A DNA stretch of 64,000 nucleotides from Anaerolineae bacterium (GTDB lineage Bacteria; Chloroflexota; Anaerolineae; UBA1429). Positions 1-10,877 of the stretch are shown in pieces. Positions within the stretch are counted from its first letter, which is position 1, and every line of letters starts with the position of its first letter. The position numbers and the translations under genes are program-made. Under the pieces are notes generated by a model. That model was not told the DNA's origin, did not search any database, and saw only the letters and a program-made list of their open reading frames with translations. The stretch is taken from assembly GCA_963675785.1 (NCBI GenBank), contig OY776562.1, forward strand, positions 448,001 through 512,000, written 5' to 3'.

Positions 1-471
1 TTCAGCAACTCGAAAATCGTCTTCGGTCAGTTCTTTGCCCTTTTTGAGGTCGTCCAACTCTTTGCGGGCGTCTCGCCGCAGATTTCGAATGGATACGCGA
101 CATTCTTCCAACCGCTTGTTCACCATACGGGCGAGGTCTCTACGACGCTCATCAGTGAGTGCGGGAATAGAAAGACGTATGACACGACCATCGTTGTTGG
201 GGGTAAGGCCAAGGTCCGACTTGAGAATCGCCTTTTCGATGGCCCCAATAACGCTGGTATCCCAAGGACGAATCATGAGCATACGCGGTTCCGGAGCAGA
301 CACTGTGGCCATTTGGTTGAGGGGCATGGTAGAACTGTATGCGTCAACCATTACATTATCAAGAAGTGCAGGGGCTGCTCGACCTGTGCGGATCGTCATG
401 AGGTCACTTCTAAAGGCAGCGACGGATTTCTCCATGCGTTCTTCGTATTCAAATAGGACTTCGTCGCTCAT
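1..471 (-). CDS. frr: Ribosome recycling factor (3' end runs off the window)
   Basis: Reverse strand reads MSDEVLFEYEERMEKS...IRTGRAAPALLD...LNQMATVSAPEPRMLMIRPWD...LGLTPNNDG; GGAGG SD before ATG at 471; follows pyrH. Not in the ORF track. Confidence 0.95.
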   Translation of the reverse strand, partial: MSDEVLFEYEERMEKSVAAFRSDLMTIRTGRAAPALLDNVMVDAYSSTMPLNQMATVSAPEPRMLMIRPWDTSVIGAIEKAILKSDLGLTPNNDGRVIRLSIPALTDERRRDLARMVNKRLEECRVSIRNLRRDARKELDDLKKGKELTEDDFRVAE

Positions 472-571
472 GAGCAAACCTCCAGTTTCTATACGAGTAT
501 GCTGATGGAGCCCATACATAATAATAGCGGGAGTAGACCTGACTGTCCACTCCCACACAGTGTACTACTTA

Positions 572-1309
<738 letters not shown>

Positions 1310-1316
1310 CTACTGA

Positions 1317-1901
1317 TCAGCCGATCTGGAAGCGTGCAAATCTCTTGACCATGATATTTTCGCCCAGCTTGGCGACACTTTCTGTAATGAGCTGCTGAAC
1401 GGTCTTTTCCTCATCGCGGATAAAAGTCTGCTCAAGGAGACAGTTCTCCTCATAGAACTTGGCCAACTTGCCATCGATGATTCGACCAACGATGTGCTCG
1501 GGCTTGCCGGCAACATCATCGGCGTACTTGGCTTTTTCTTCTGCCAACGTTTCGACAGGAACATCATCACGAGAGACCCACTGCGGTGCGGCAGCAGCTA
1601 CATGCATGGCCAGGTCGTGGCAGAGTCCCAAAAAGGTGTCAGTGCGCGCCACAAAGTCTGTCTCACAGTTGATTTCGATCATGGCGACAAGCTTGTTGCC
1701 CGGGTGCTCGTAGACTTCGATGCGGCCATCAGAGGCTTCACGGCCGGCCTTTTTCTGGGCACTGGCCATGCCTTTTTCTTTGAGAATCTCTGCAGCTTTT
1801 TCGATATCACCATCGGTTGCATCCAGGGTGCGCTTGCAATCAAGGATGCCGGCCCCTGTCTTCTCTCGGAGCTCTTTGATCATCTCGGTGGTCACAGCCA
1901 T
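1317..1901 (-). CDS. tsf: Elongation factor Ts (short form)
   Basis: IKELREKTGAG, EINCETDFVAR; start moved to ATG at 1901 (MAVTTEM) behind an AGGAG SD. Confidence 0.96.
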   Translation of the reverse strand: MAVTTEMIKELREKTGAGILDCKRTLDATDGDIEKAAEILKEKGMASAQKKAGREASDGRIEVYEHPGNKLVAMIEINCETDFVARTDTFLGLCHDLAMHVAAAAPQWVSRDDVPVETLAEEKAKYADDVAGKPEHIVGRIIDGKLAKFYEENCLLEQTFIRDEEKTVQQLITESVAKLGENIMVKRFARFQIG

Positions 1902-1926
1902 TATTAGATACTCCTTTTTCACAGAG

Positions 1927-1960
1927 CTGGCGCAGTTGGGACATTGCCCCACTGCGCCAG
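1927..1960 (-). terminator. Strong hairpin between rpsB and tsf (attenuator or stability element)
   Basis: CTGGCGCAGT...ACTGCGCCAG inverted repeat. Confidence 0.5.
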
Positions 1961-1981
1961 TGTGCAATTTTCTAGTAGGGA

Positions 1982-2797
1982 TTATTCGTCTTCATCAATG
2001 ATGAACATATCGTCATCATCGTCAGTATCACTCGTATCATCGAAATCTTCATCGTCGCCAGCGAGACCTGCACCCAGCTCTGCGTCCGGAATAACTTCCT
2101 CAACGGTTTCACCGCGCATGTTCTGCCCTTCGATGACTGCGTCTGCAATCTTGGTGGTAATCAGGGTGATCGCGCGAATTGCATCATCGTTAGACGGAAT
2201 GACGAAATCGATGGGATCAGGGTTCGAATTAGTATCAACAAGTGAGATTACTGGAATCCCCAGTCTGTTCGCCTCTTGCACTGCAATATCATCTAGGTTG
2301 CTATCGATGATGAACAGAGCCTGCGGCAGTCTGGTCAAGTTACGCAGACCACCAAGGCGTCGATGGAGCTTGGTGAGCTCCCTGACTTTGAGGGTGGTTT
2401 CCTTTTTGGGGAGAACATCCCATACGCCACTCGCTTGCTGATCTTCAAGGCGAAGCATGTGGTCAACACGGGTGCGAATGGTGGTGAGGTTGGTCAGGGT
2501 TCCACCGAGCCAGCGCTGATTGACATAAGGCATGCCGCAACGGCTAGCCTGTTCAGCAACAACTGCCTGGGCTTGACGCTTGGTGCCCACAAAAATGATG
2601 GTTCCGCCCTTGGCGACAGTTTCGCGCACAAAATTGCTGGCGCGATCAAGCGCGTTGACGGTTTGCTGAAGGTCGATGATGTGAATGCTGTTGCGCTCGG
2701 TAAAAATGTAGGGGCGCATCTTGGGGTTCCAGCGGTTGCTGCGGTGCCCAAAGTGCACGCCAGCTTCAAGAAGCTGCCTCATGGTTACTACTGACAT
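1982..2797 (-). CDS. rpsB: 30S ribosomal protein S2 with acidic C-terminal tail
   Basis: [35 protein letters not shown]. Confidence 0.98.
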   Translation of the reverse strand: MSVVTMRQLLEAGVHFGHRSNRWNPKMRPYIFTERNSIHIIDLQQTVNALDRASNFVRETVAKGGTIIFVGTKRQAQAVVAEQASRCGMPYVNQRWLGGTLTNLTTIRTRVDHMLRLEDQQASGVWDVLPKKETTLKVRELTKLHRRLGGLRNLTRLPQALFIIDSNLDDIAVQEANRLGIPVISLVDTNSNPDPIDFVIPSNDDAIRAITLITTKIADAVIEGQNMRGETVEEVIPDAELGAGLAGDDEDFDDTSDTDDDDDMFIIDEDE

Positions 2798-3041
2798 AAT
2801 TCATTCCTCCGTTGCTGTCACCCGTATCTCTTTAACGGGGGCGAACCAGCGCAATTGCTGGCACGGCGCCTCCCAACGAGATACGTGTTAAATGTGCGAG
2901 CCAGACGCCCGCTCAGCAAGTATATCATGTCCATGGTTGCACGCCAAATGACATAGCGAATTGCACAGGCTGGTTCGTGTTATTGTAGTGTGCTATAATA
3001 GCTACCTAGTTAGTTTGGAACCCCATGATGGAGTCTAATAC

Positions 3042-3245
3042 ATGTTAAGCGAAGAACTTTTAGCTGTTCTTGCCTGCCCTCGATGCAGGTCACGTCTTGT
3101 TCTGGAACGTGAAAATTGGCTTGTCTGCCAGAATTCTGATTGCTCATGCAAATACCCTATCAAAGATGGTATCCCCAATTTGCTCGTTGAAGAAGGGGAA
3201 CGTTATCGGAACACGAGTGTCGATGAACTTGTCCAGATTCCCTAA
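3042..3245 (+). CDS. Trm112/YcaR-family small protein
   Basis: LLAVLACPRCR...LVC...YPIKDGIPNLL. Confidence 0.85.
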   Translation: MLSEELLAVLACPRCRSRLVLERENWLVCQNSDCSCKYPIKDGIPNLLVEEGERYRNTSVDELVQIP

Positions 3246-4374
3246 GAGACGGTTAGAGAATATTCTCTGTGTGTTGGCCATGTTGCTCTTGATCGCCATC
3301 ATGCCTGTTTCTGCTCAGAGCACAAGTGCTTCTGAGATCAGTTACAGCTTTGGCGAGTCTATTGCCTTTGGCCTCGATACCAAACTCGATAATCCTTTGG
3401 CTGATTGCGTTCTCTTTTTTGGTAGGGTTGGTTCCCCGCTTGTCCGACGCGTTTACCCCGATTTTCAACCCATTCGCGAGCAGACCCTGAGCTACGTCGA
3501 AGAGCTTGTAGTGGGGCAATATGCCCCCGGAACAGAGTTCAGAGTATGGTGGGAACTGACGGATGCGACCGGACAGGTGCTGAATACACCTATAGAGACC
3601 TTTGTCTATAACGACAATTCTCAGGATTGGGCCTTGCTTCAGGGTGAGGGCATCGATCTTTACTGGTATGGTGATGAGGACAATGCTCAGGAGATCCTCG
3701 ATGCGGCCGAGGCAGCCCTGGTGCGATTAGCTGACCAGATGAGTGTATCAGCACCTGGCACCGTCAATATTTACACCTATCAGAGTTCACGCGATATGGC
3801 CTCAGCACTTTCTGTACGCGCTGAGGGCTATGATGAGTATGTCATCACGCTGGGCGTTGCTGTTGATGAAGACACTTTGCTCCTGCTCGGCACGCATGAT
3901 GGTGCCATGCTTACGGTGGCACACGAGTTGAGCCACATCATTGTTGGACAGATGATGCCTAGTGCATTTGCGAACATGCCGAGCTGGTTGGATGAGGGCC
4001 TGGCCATGTATGCCGAGGAAGAGTTGCCCGTCAGCAACCAGAACGCACTAGATGCGGCAGTCGAGGACGATGCACTCTTGTCACTCCGTTCGATGACAAC
4101 TTATTCTGGGGATTCCTCATTGGTGGATCTCTATTATGGCGAGGCCTGGTCGGTTGTCGATTTCATGGTCAGTAGCTATGGGCAAGATGCACTTTGTGAT
4201 CTTCTGGCTGAGCTCAATACAGGAATCAATCAAGACGAGGCTCTGCAAAATGTCATTGGCGTAGACCTCGATGGGCTTGAAGATGCTTGGCGCGCCAGTC
4301 TGGGCCTTGAACCGCGCACCGATACAGCCAGAGCGACTAGCGAAATTTTGATTGCGGCTCTGCCCTGTGCCTGA
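3223..4374 (+). CDS. Secreted peptidase MA-like (gluzincin) metallopeptidase
   Basis: Signal peptide (LLLIAIMPVSA), HELSH zinc motif and WLDEGLA; start uncertain (3223 or 3280). Confidence 0.8.
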   Translation: MNLSRFPKRRLENILCVLAMLLLIAIMPVSAQSTSASEISYSFGESIAFGLDTKLDNPLADCVLFFGRVGSPLVRRVYPDFQPIREQTLSYVEELVVGQYAPGTEFRVWWELTDATGQVLNTPIETFVYNDNSQDWALLQGEGIDLYWYGDEDNAQEILDAAEAALVRLADQMSVSAPGTVNIYTYQSSRDMASALSVRAEGYDEYVITLGVAVDEDTLLLLGTHDGAMLTVAHELSHIIVGQMMPSAFANMPSWLDEGLAMYAEEELPVSNQNALDAAVEDDALLSLRSMTTYSGDSSLVDLYYGEAWSVVDFMVSSYGQDALCDLLAELNTGINQDEALQNVIGVDLDGLEDAWRASLGLEPRTDTARATSEILIAALPCA

Positions 4375-5185
4375 ACTCCCCGAGGTCGAAACCATTGCCC
4401 GTGGTTTGCAGGGGTTGGTGGGGGAAACAATTCGCACTGTAGAGGTGCGTTGGCCGCGCATCATTGCTGAACCATCTGTTGAAGCGTTTATCTCGCTTGC
4501 ACAGGGTCGTACATTTACGGCCGTTTCTCGCCGGGCCAAGTTTCTGGTTTTTGAACTGGATCAGGGTGTGATGATCTTACACCTGCGCATGACGGGACAG
4601 CTCTGCTGGCGCTTTGATGAGCAGTGTATGCCAGATGATAAACATATGCATCTGTCGCTTGCACTTGATTCGGGCAAAGCCTTGGACTATCGCGACGTGC
4701 GCAAGTTTGGTCGATTTTGGCTGGTAGAAGACAGTGCCCAGGTTCTTGGTGACTTGGGCCCCGAACCTCTGGATGCCGGCCTGGATGTGGCCGTATTTTT
4801 TGATATGCTTAGCACCCGCAAGCGAATGCTCAAGGCCCTGTTGCTAGATCAACACTTTATCGCAGGTTTGGGCAACATTTATGTGGATGAATCTCTATGG
4901 CGGGCGAGCTTGAATCCTGCTCGATTGGGAAGTTCATTGACATTCGCTGAGGCAGATATTCTGTTGAGCGCTATTCGCCAGGTTCTGCTTGGGGCGATCG
5001 CCGCGCGCGGTACGACCTTGCAGGATTATCGTGATTCTGAGGGACGGTCTGGTGAGAATCAGCACCGCCTTGTGGTGTATAACCAGCAAGGAGCCCCTTG
5101 TCCACGGTGTGGTACCCTGATTGAAAAAGGCCTTGTAGCTGGAAGGGGAACGCATTATTGCCCTGTATGCCAGCCTGATGCTTGA
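4367..5185 (+). CDS. mutM: Formamidopyrimidine-DNA glycosylase
   Basis: GTG start giving PELPEVE, HLRMTG, GLGNIYVDE, C-terminal CPRC/CPVCQ zinc finger. Confidence 0.97.
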   Translation: MPELPEVETIARGLQGLVGETIRTVEVRWPRIIAEPSVEAFISLAQGRTFTAVSRRAKFLVFELDQGVMILHLRMTGQLCWRFDEQCMPDDKHMHLSLALDSGKALDYRDVRKFGRFWLVEDSAQVLGDLGPEPLDAGLDVAVFFDMLSTRKRMLKALLLDQHFIAGLGNIYVDESLWRASLNPARLGSSLTFAEADILLSAIRQVLLGAIAARGTTLQDYRDSEGRSGENQHRLVVYNQQGAPCPRCGTLIEKGLVAGRGTHYCPVCQPDA

Positions 5186-5217
5186 GCGACAGACGTCCAA
5201 ATAATTCAGGAGTACTC

Positions 5218-5955
5218 ATGTCAGTTCAACAGGGAGCAGTTGTGCGCGTGTTGATAGTGGATGACAATATTGACCTTGCGCAAAGGGCAGGTGTCCATCT
5301 TACCAAGGCCGGGTATGATGTCAGGGTCGCTTATAGCGGCGCTGAAGGGCTTGAAGCCGCCTTTGTGTTTCAGCCTGATATCGTCGTGCTCGATATCATG
5401 ATGGAAGGTATGGACGGCTGGGAAGTCTGCAAGCGGTTACGCTCATGTTCCAGCACTTCTATTCTGTTTGCCACGGCCAAGGGCGAAGAGGTGAACGTGG
5501 TTCGCGGCCTTGATATGGGGGCTGACGGCTATATCGCCAAGAGCTACACCATGGAAGAGCTGCAAGCACATATCGAGGCCACGTTGAGGCGCTCTCGGGG
5601 AGAGGACGCGAGCAAGGGTAGAGAAAGACGCGTTCGAACTGACGGCCATCTAAGTATTGATCTGGATCGAAATCAGGTGATGCTGGAGGGTAAGCCTATT
5701 AGGATGTCTCCCAAGGAATACCAGGTTCTTTCTTACCTTGTTTTGGCTGAAGGGCATCTAGTTCGATATACAGAATTGCTCGAGGGTATTTGGGGCGAGG
5801 CTTATCGCACAGATACAACCCATCTGGCCATATATATCTCACGGTTGCGGCAAAAGATTGAGCGCGATAGCCACGTGCCAGAATACATTATTACACGTCA
5901 CAAGCTCGGTTACGAGTTTCAGTGGCCAAATGGAACCACATATTTGAGTAGGTAG
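5218..5955 (+). CDS. OmpR/KdpE-type response regulator (canonical receiver)
   Basis: VDDN, VLDIMM phospho-Asp, TAK, YIAK; winged-helix YISRLRQKIE. Confidence 0.9.
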   Translation: MSVQQGAVVRVLIVDDNIDLAQRAGVHLTKAGYDVRVAYSGAEGLEAAFVFQPDIVVLDIMMEGMDGWEVCKRLRSCSSTSILFATAKGEEVNVVRGLDMGADGYIAKSYTMEELQAHIEATLRRSRGEDASKGRERRVRTDGHLSIDLDRNQVMLEGKPIRMSPKEYQVLSYLVLAEGHLVRYTELLEGIWGEAYRTDTTHLAIYISRLRQKIERDSHVPEYIITRHKLGYEFQWPNGTTYLSR

Positions 5956-5956
5956 G

Positions 5957-5996
5957 GTTAACCAAAGGGTAATACGCATTATACTTGGCTGTAACC
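5957..5996 (+). promoter_or_regulatory. Four degenerate 7-mers at 11-bp spacing, possible OmpR-family binding array
   Basis: GTTAACC/GGTAATA/TTATACT/TGTAACC starting at 5957, 5968, 5979, 5990; TGGTAAAGT extended -10-like element follows. Confidence 0.4.
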
Positions 5997-6060
5997 TTGA
6001 TCTGGTAAAGTGTAGTTGTTTACTGAGTTATTAAAGTGCATTGATATCTGGCGGTGTCGT

Positions 6061-6753
6061 ATGGTGGACAGGGTCGCGGTTTTGGTTGTGGATGGACAGC
6101 TTGGCTGCAGAGCCTGCGGTGTCCTTCGTGAAGCGGGTTATCAGGTCAAAGAAATCCGTTTTGCCCCCGACCTTATTGAGCAGCTTGTTGATTTCGAACC
6201 GCGCCTTGCCATTTTTGCCACAGAGCGTTTGAACCGCCTTGTACGAGAAACGTTAACTGGGGTCATCGAGGAGAGTTTGTGCCCAGTATTTGTTATTGGC
6301 TCTGACCCCGAAGAGGATTTTGTGATCGAAGCGCTTAAACTGGGCGCGGATGGGTGCCTTGTCGAACCCTTTGGTGATACTGAACTTGTGGCTCGCGTCG
6401 AGGCGCACCTTCGTCGTTTCTGGGACTGGGGCTTGGGGCGCAGGGCGGTTCGTCCTGATTTAGTTGTGGATGGTCTTTCGTGTTCGGTGCTTGTGCAGGG
6501 TAGAGAAGTGCGCCTAACACCTACCGAATACCGCTTGATTTCCACTCTGGCAGACTATTCGGGTGAAGTTGTATCGAGTGAGGACCTTTGTCAGCATATC
6601 TGGGGTCTGGAAGACGACACCTCGTCGAGTACTCTTCGCCTGTATATCTCACACCTTCGCAAAAAGTTGGAAAATGATCCTAGACGCCCTCGTTATCTCA
6701 AAACCAAATGGGGCGTGGGCTATTACTTGGACTCTGATGGGTCCGAGAGTTAG
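6061..6753 (+). CDS. OmpR-type regulator with degenerate (pseudo) receiver domain
   Basis: Winged helix LTPTEYRL...LYISHLRKKLE...WGVGY; receiver lacks the phospho-Asp and conserved Lys. Confidence 0.85.
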   Translation: MVDRVAVLVVDGQLGCRACGVLREAGYQVKEIRFAPDLIEQLVDFEPRLAIFATERLNRLVRETLTGVIEESLCPVFVIGSDPEEDFVIEALKLGADGCLVEPFGDTELVARVEAHLRRFWDWGLGRRAVRPDLVVDGLSCSVLVQGREVRLTPTEYRLISTLADYSGEVVSSEDLCQHIWGLEDDTSSSTLRLYISHLRKKLENDPRRPRYLKTKWGVGYYLDSDGSES

Positions 6754-6767
6754 ATCTGCTTTTCCCG

Positions 6768-6796
6768 AGCCGCATCTTGATGATGCGGCTTTTTTT
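6768..6796 (+). terminator. Intrinsic terminator
   Basis: AGCCGCATC/GATGCGGCT stem followed by T run. Confidence 0.8.
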
Positions 6797-6918
6797 GTTG
6801 GGCGTGATATGGTGCTGAGAACTGCAATTGGCTGCACATCGTGCTATACTAGAACCCGCACAAGGGTGTGCCAGTATAATAGTTGCTGTGAGGCTCGGAT
6901 GGTCCGGGGAGGACAGGC

Positions 6919-7899
6919 ATGGAAAGCGGCGTCAAGATCTATGGCGAGATTGCACTTTTGAGTGGTTCGGCTAACCCAGAGTTGAGCCAGCATATTTCAA
7001 AATCGATCGGTGTACCGCTTTTAGATGTAGATATTCGCGTGTTTGAGAATGAGAATATTTTCGTTCAGCTCAAAGAGTCCGTACGTTCGCGTGATGTTTT
7101 TATTATTCAGCCTACTTGTTCTCCTGTACATTATAATATTATGGAACTGCTCATCTTGCTAGATACGGTCCGGCGCGCCTCTGCTGGCCGCGTAACAGCG
7201 ATCACACCTTATTTTGCCTATGCCCGTAGTGACAAGAAAGATATGCCGCGCGTTCCCATAACTGCCAAACTAGTTGCAGATATGATTGAAGTGGCTGGCG
7301 CCGATCGCTTTATGTGCGTCGATCTTCATGCCGGCCAGATTCAGGGCTTCTTCCAGATGCCCGGTGACGAGTTGTCGGCTTTGCCGATTATCACAGAATA
7401 TTTCAAGCAAAAGGAACTTGGGGACCTTGTCGTCGTGGCCGCTGATCTCGGCTTTGCTAAAAAAGCTCGAAACGTTGCTCAGCAGCTTCATGCACCGGTT
7501 GCCTTTATTGAAAAACGCCGAACCGGGGATGCTACCGAAAGCCTTACCGTGATTGGTGATGTTCAGGGCAAGAATGTACTCATGGTTGATGATGAAGTAG
7601 ATCGCGCCACGACAATGGCTGGTGCGGCCAAGAGGCTGCATGAAGTTGGGGCAAATAAGGTCTATGCCGGGTTCATTCATGCTACATTCTCTGGTGATGC
7701 CCTGGAGCGTCTTGGCGGAGCAGGTTTTGAAGAGATCGTTTGCACCAATACAGAGCCCATTCCTAATGCCAAGCTGCTTCCTAACCTTCGGGTGATTGAC
7801 CTTGGCCCCTGGCTCGGAGACATCATTATGGCTGTTCATTCGGGTCAATCCGTCGGACGCACCATTCAGGACTATGTTCCCCGGTTTACCCTCGATTAG
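6919..7899 (+). CDS. prs: Ribose-phosphate pyrophosphokinase family protein
   Basis: PYFAYARSDKK, DLHAGQIQGFF, IEKRR; atypical DDEVDRATT loop. Confidence 0.9.
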   Translation: MESGVKIYGEIALLSGSANPELSQHISKSIGVPLLDVDIRVFENENIFVQLKESVRSRDVFIIQPTCSPVHYNIMELLILLDTVRRASAGRVTAITPYFAYARSDKKDMPRVPITAKLVADMIEVAGADRFMCVDLHAGQIQGFFQMPGDELSALPIITEYFKQKELGDLVVVAADLGFAKKARNVAQQLHAPVAFIEKRRTGDATESLTVIGDVQGKNVLMVDDEVDRATTMAGAAKRLHEVGANKVYAGFIHATFSGDALERLGGAGFEEIVCTNTEPIPNAKLLPNLRVIDLGPWLGDIIMAVHSGQSVGRTIQDYVPRFTLD

Positions 7900-7935
7900 A
7901 CTTCTCGCTTTGCGAGTTGTGTTGCGGAGTATTGT

Positions 7936-10821
7936 ATGTTTAAAAAATTCCTAAAAAGTGTTTTCGGCGATTCCAGTCAGCGCGAAATCAAGAGGTTTCA
8001 GCCGATTGTAGATCAGATCAACGCGCTTGAGCCTGAGATGCAAGCCATGCCCGAAAATGGGTTTGTGGCGTTGACGCAAGAGTTCCGAGCAAATTTGTTG
8101 GCGACCAGTGATAAAGTCGCTCAGGAGATTCGGGAATTGCGTGAGGCGATTGATCTAGAGCCCGATGACGATGAACGTCGGGTGCTGCGCCGACAGCTGG
8201 AACAGGCCATGCATGATCGCGATCGACGCGAGCGCGAAGTGCTGGATGACATTCTGCCCCGTGCCTTTGCCGCCGTTCGCGAAGCGGCTGTACGTTCTAT
8301 AGGTCAGCGAGCGTTTGATACCCAGCTGATTGGTGGAATTGTTCTGCATGAGGGACGCATCGCTGAAATGAAGACGGGCGAAGGTAAAACACTTACTGCT
8401 ACCTTTCCCCTCTATCTGAATGCTCTAACTAGTCGTGGCGTGCACCTGATTACGCCCAACGATTACCTCTCTAAATATGGCGTACAGTGGATGGGCCCGG
8501 TGTACCACATGCTCGGCCTTTCTGTGGCAGTTATTCAATCTATGGGAGAAGACCCCTCCATGGGCTCTTTTCTCTTTGATCCAGACTATATCGCTGCAGA
8601 TGATCGCTACCATCACCTGCGCCCTGTACCACGTGCCGATGCCTACAAGGCAGATATCCTTTACGGCACGAATAACGAATTTGGCTTTGACTATCTGCGT
8701 GACAACATGGTTCAAGACCTCTCTCGTTGTGTACAGCGCGAGCTCTACTTTGCCATTGTGGACGAGGTAGACAACATCCTCATTGATGAGGCGAGAACCC
8801 CCCTCATCATCTCAGGTCCCGCCGAAGAGTCCGCCTCCGAGTACAAGCGTTTTGCTGGCATCGCCCATTCCCTCAAGTCTGGGGTCGATTATGAAGTAGA
8901 CGAAAAGCAGCGGTCTGTTACCATCAACGATGAGGGCATTACCAAAGTCGAAAGAACACTAAATATCGATAACCTTTATTCTCCCGATCATGCAGAGTTG
9001 ACACCTTATCTGGAGAATGCGCTCAAAGCCAAGGCGCTGTTTCAGCGCGACCGCAACTATATCGTACAGAATGGCCAAGTCATCATTGTAGACGAGTTCA
9101 CTGGCCGTTTGATGCACGGCAGGCGCTACAGCGAGGGTTTGCATCAGGCTATCGAAGCCAAAGAGAATGTTCAGGTACAGCGTGAGAGTCTGACGCTGGC
9201 CAATATCACCTTCCAGAACTATTTCCGCATGTATCGGCGCCTGGCGGGTATGACAGGTACTGCCGCTACCGAGGCCGAAGAGTTTGGCAAGATTTATAAC
9301 CTGGATGTGGCGGTAATTCCCACGCATCGTCCCCTTATTCGTGCTGACATGTCGGACGTTGTTTACAAGACAACTGAAGCCAAGTTTGAGGCTGTTCTCA
9401 ACGAGATTGCCGAGCGAAACGCTGCACAGCAGCCTGTACTGGTTGGAACCTTGGCTATCGAAACCTCTGAAATGATTTCGCGTCGGCTCAAGCGCATGGG
9501 CATCAAACATGAAGTGCTCAATGCCAAGCAGCACGAGCGAGAGGCTCAGATCATTGCCCAGGCTGGGCGACCCGGCGCTGTAACGATCGCCACCAATATG
9601 GCCGGTCGAGGTGTTGACATTCTTTTGGGCGGTAACCCCGAGGGCTCAGCCAGAGAGGAACTCCGCCGCAAGGGCTATGAACTTGAGGACGTTCCCGAGG
9701 ATATCTGGAACGAGGTGTTGGACGAAGCGACAAAGGCTTGCGTTGCCGATAGAGAAATTGTGTTGCAGGCAGGCGGCTTGCATGTCTTGGGCACCGAACG
9801 GTATGAAGCGCGGCGTATCGATAATCAGCTTCGTGGTCGTGCTGGTCGTCAGGGTGATCCCGGCTCTTCTCGCTTTTTCGTATCGCTTGAGGATGATTTG
9901 CTGCGGCTCTTTGGCGGAGAACGCATCCAGAACTTGATGAACGGCCTGGGTGTCGATGATGACGTCCCTATCGAAAACAGTATGGTCAGTCGCGCCCTAG
10001 AGAATGCCCAGCTTCGCGTTGAGGGGCGTAACTTTGACGTTCGTAAGCACCTGCTCGAATACGACGATGTAACCAACCAACAACGCCAGGTCATTTATGA
10101 TCAGCGACGGCTCATTCTGACAGAATCTAACCTCAGGCCCATCATCGAGGACATTTTGGAGGATGTATTAGCCGGAATGGTCGAGCAGGCTACCAAAGCG
10201 GATGAGCCTGAAGACTGGGATCTGCAAACCCTACATGCAGAGGTTGACCGTATGATCCATTTGCCGGTCTCTCACTCGGTGGCATCATGGGAGGGTCTAT
10301 CGCCTGACGAGATGGCCGAGCAGATCATAGCTTTGGCCGCAAAAACATATGATCAGCGCGAAGAAGAGATGAGCGCTGAAGTGATGCGCCGTATCGAGCG
10401 CTTGATCATGCTCAGTGTTATTGACCGACGTTGGGTGCGGCATCTCACGAGTCTGGATGAGCTTCGTGAGGGAATCGGTTTGCGTGCCATCGGTCAGCGC
10501 GATCCCCTGGTTGAATACAAACGCGAAGCCTTTGGCCTCTTTGATCAGCTCTTGAGTGCCATCCAAACGGATATTGCCCGTTTCATTCTCAATGCGCGGC
10601 TTCAAGAGCGTGTCAAGACGCCCATGTCACACGCGATGCATTATTCTGGGGCAACCGGTGGGGCGGCGGGTAGCACGGCACAGCCTCGCCGCACCTCATC
10701 CGATGTGGGGCGTAACGATCCGTGCCCCTGCGGTAGCGGCAAAAAATACAAACATTGCTGCCTAAAAGAAGGACTTTCTCCGGAGGAAGCTGCGGCCAAA
10801 AGCCGTGCCAAGCGTACCTAG
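7936..10821 (+). CDS. secA: Preprotein translocase subunit SecA
   Basis: EMKTGEGKT, DEVDNILIDEARTPLIISG, QLRGRAGRQGDPG, SEC-C GRNDPCPCGSGKKYKHC. Confidence 0.99.
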   Translation: MFKKFLKSVFGDSSQREIKRFQPIVDQINALEPEMQAMPENGFVALTQEFRANLLATSDKVAQEIRELREAIDLEPDDDERRVLRRQLEQAMHDRDRREREVLDDILPRAFAAVREAAVRSIGQRAFDTQLIGGIVLHEGRIAEMKTGEGKTLTATFPLYLNALTSRGVHLITPNDYLSKYGVQWMGPVYHMLGLSVAVIQSMGEDPSMGSFLFDPDYIAADDRYHHLRPVPRADAYKADILYGTNNEFGFDYLRDNMVQDLSRCVQRELYFAIVDEVDNILIDEARTPLIISGPAEESASEYKRFAGIAHSLKSGVDYEVDEKQRSVTINDEGITKVERTLNIDNLYSPDHAELTPYLENALKAKALFQRDRNYIVQNGQVIIVDEFTGRLMHGRRYSEGLHQAIEAKENVQVQRESLTLANITFQNYFRMYRRLAGMTGTAATEAEEFGKIYNLDVAVIPTHRPLIRADMSDVVYKTTEAKFEAVLNEIAERNAAQQPVLVGTLAIETSEMISRRLKRMGIKHEVLNAKQHEREAQIIAQAGRPGAVTIATNMAGRGVDILLGGNPEGSAREELRRKGYELEDVPEDIWNEVLDEATKACVADREIVLQAGGLHVLGTERYEARRIDNQLRGRAGRQGDPGSSRFFVSLEDDLLRLFGGERIQNLMNGLGVDDDVPIENSMVSRALENAQLRVEGRNFDVRKHLLEYDDVTNQQRQVIYDQRRLILTESNLRPIIEDILEDVLAGMVEQATKADEPEDWDLQTLHAEVDRMIHLPVSHSVASWEGLSPDEMAEQIIALAAKTYDQREEEMSAEVMRRIERLIMLSVIDRRWVRHLTSLDELREGIGLRAIGQRDPLVEYKREAFGLFDQLLSAIQTDIARFILNARLQERVKTPMSHAMHYSGATGGAAGSTAQPRRTSSDVGRNDPCPCGSGKKYKHCCLKEGLSPEEAAAKSRAKRT

Positions 10822-10840
10822 CTATGAGCTAACAGGGATG

Positions 10841-10876
10841 AAAAAAGGGGGAGAGACAAGCGTCTCTCCCCCTTTT
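10841..10876. terminator. Bidirectional intrinsic terminator
   Basis: AAAAAAGGGGGAGAGAC...GTCTCTCCCCCTTTT between convergent genes. Confidence 0.85.
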
Positions 10877-10877
10877 G

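Noticed and set aside
35-505. 156-aa plus-strand ORF
   Set aside because: Antisense to frr
3017-3038. ECF promoter-like GGAACC...GTCTAA before the Trm112 gene
   Set aside because: Spacer is only about 10 bp, and a TGnTATAAT element upstream explains transcription
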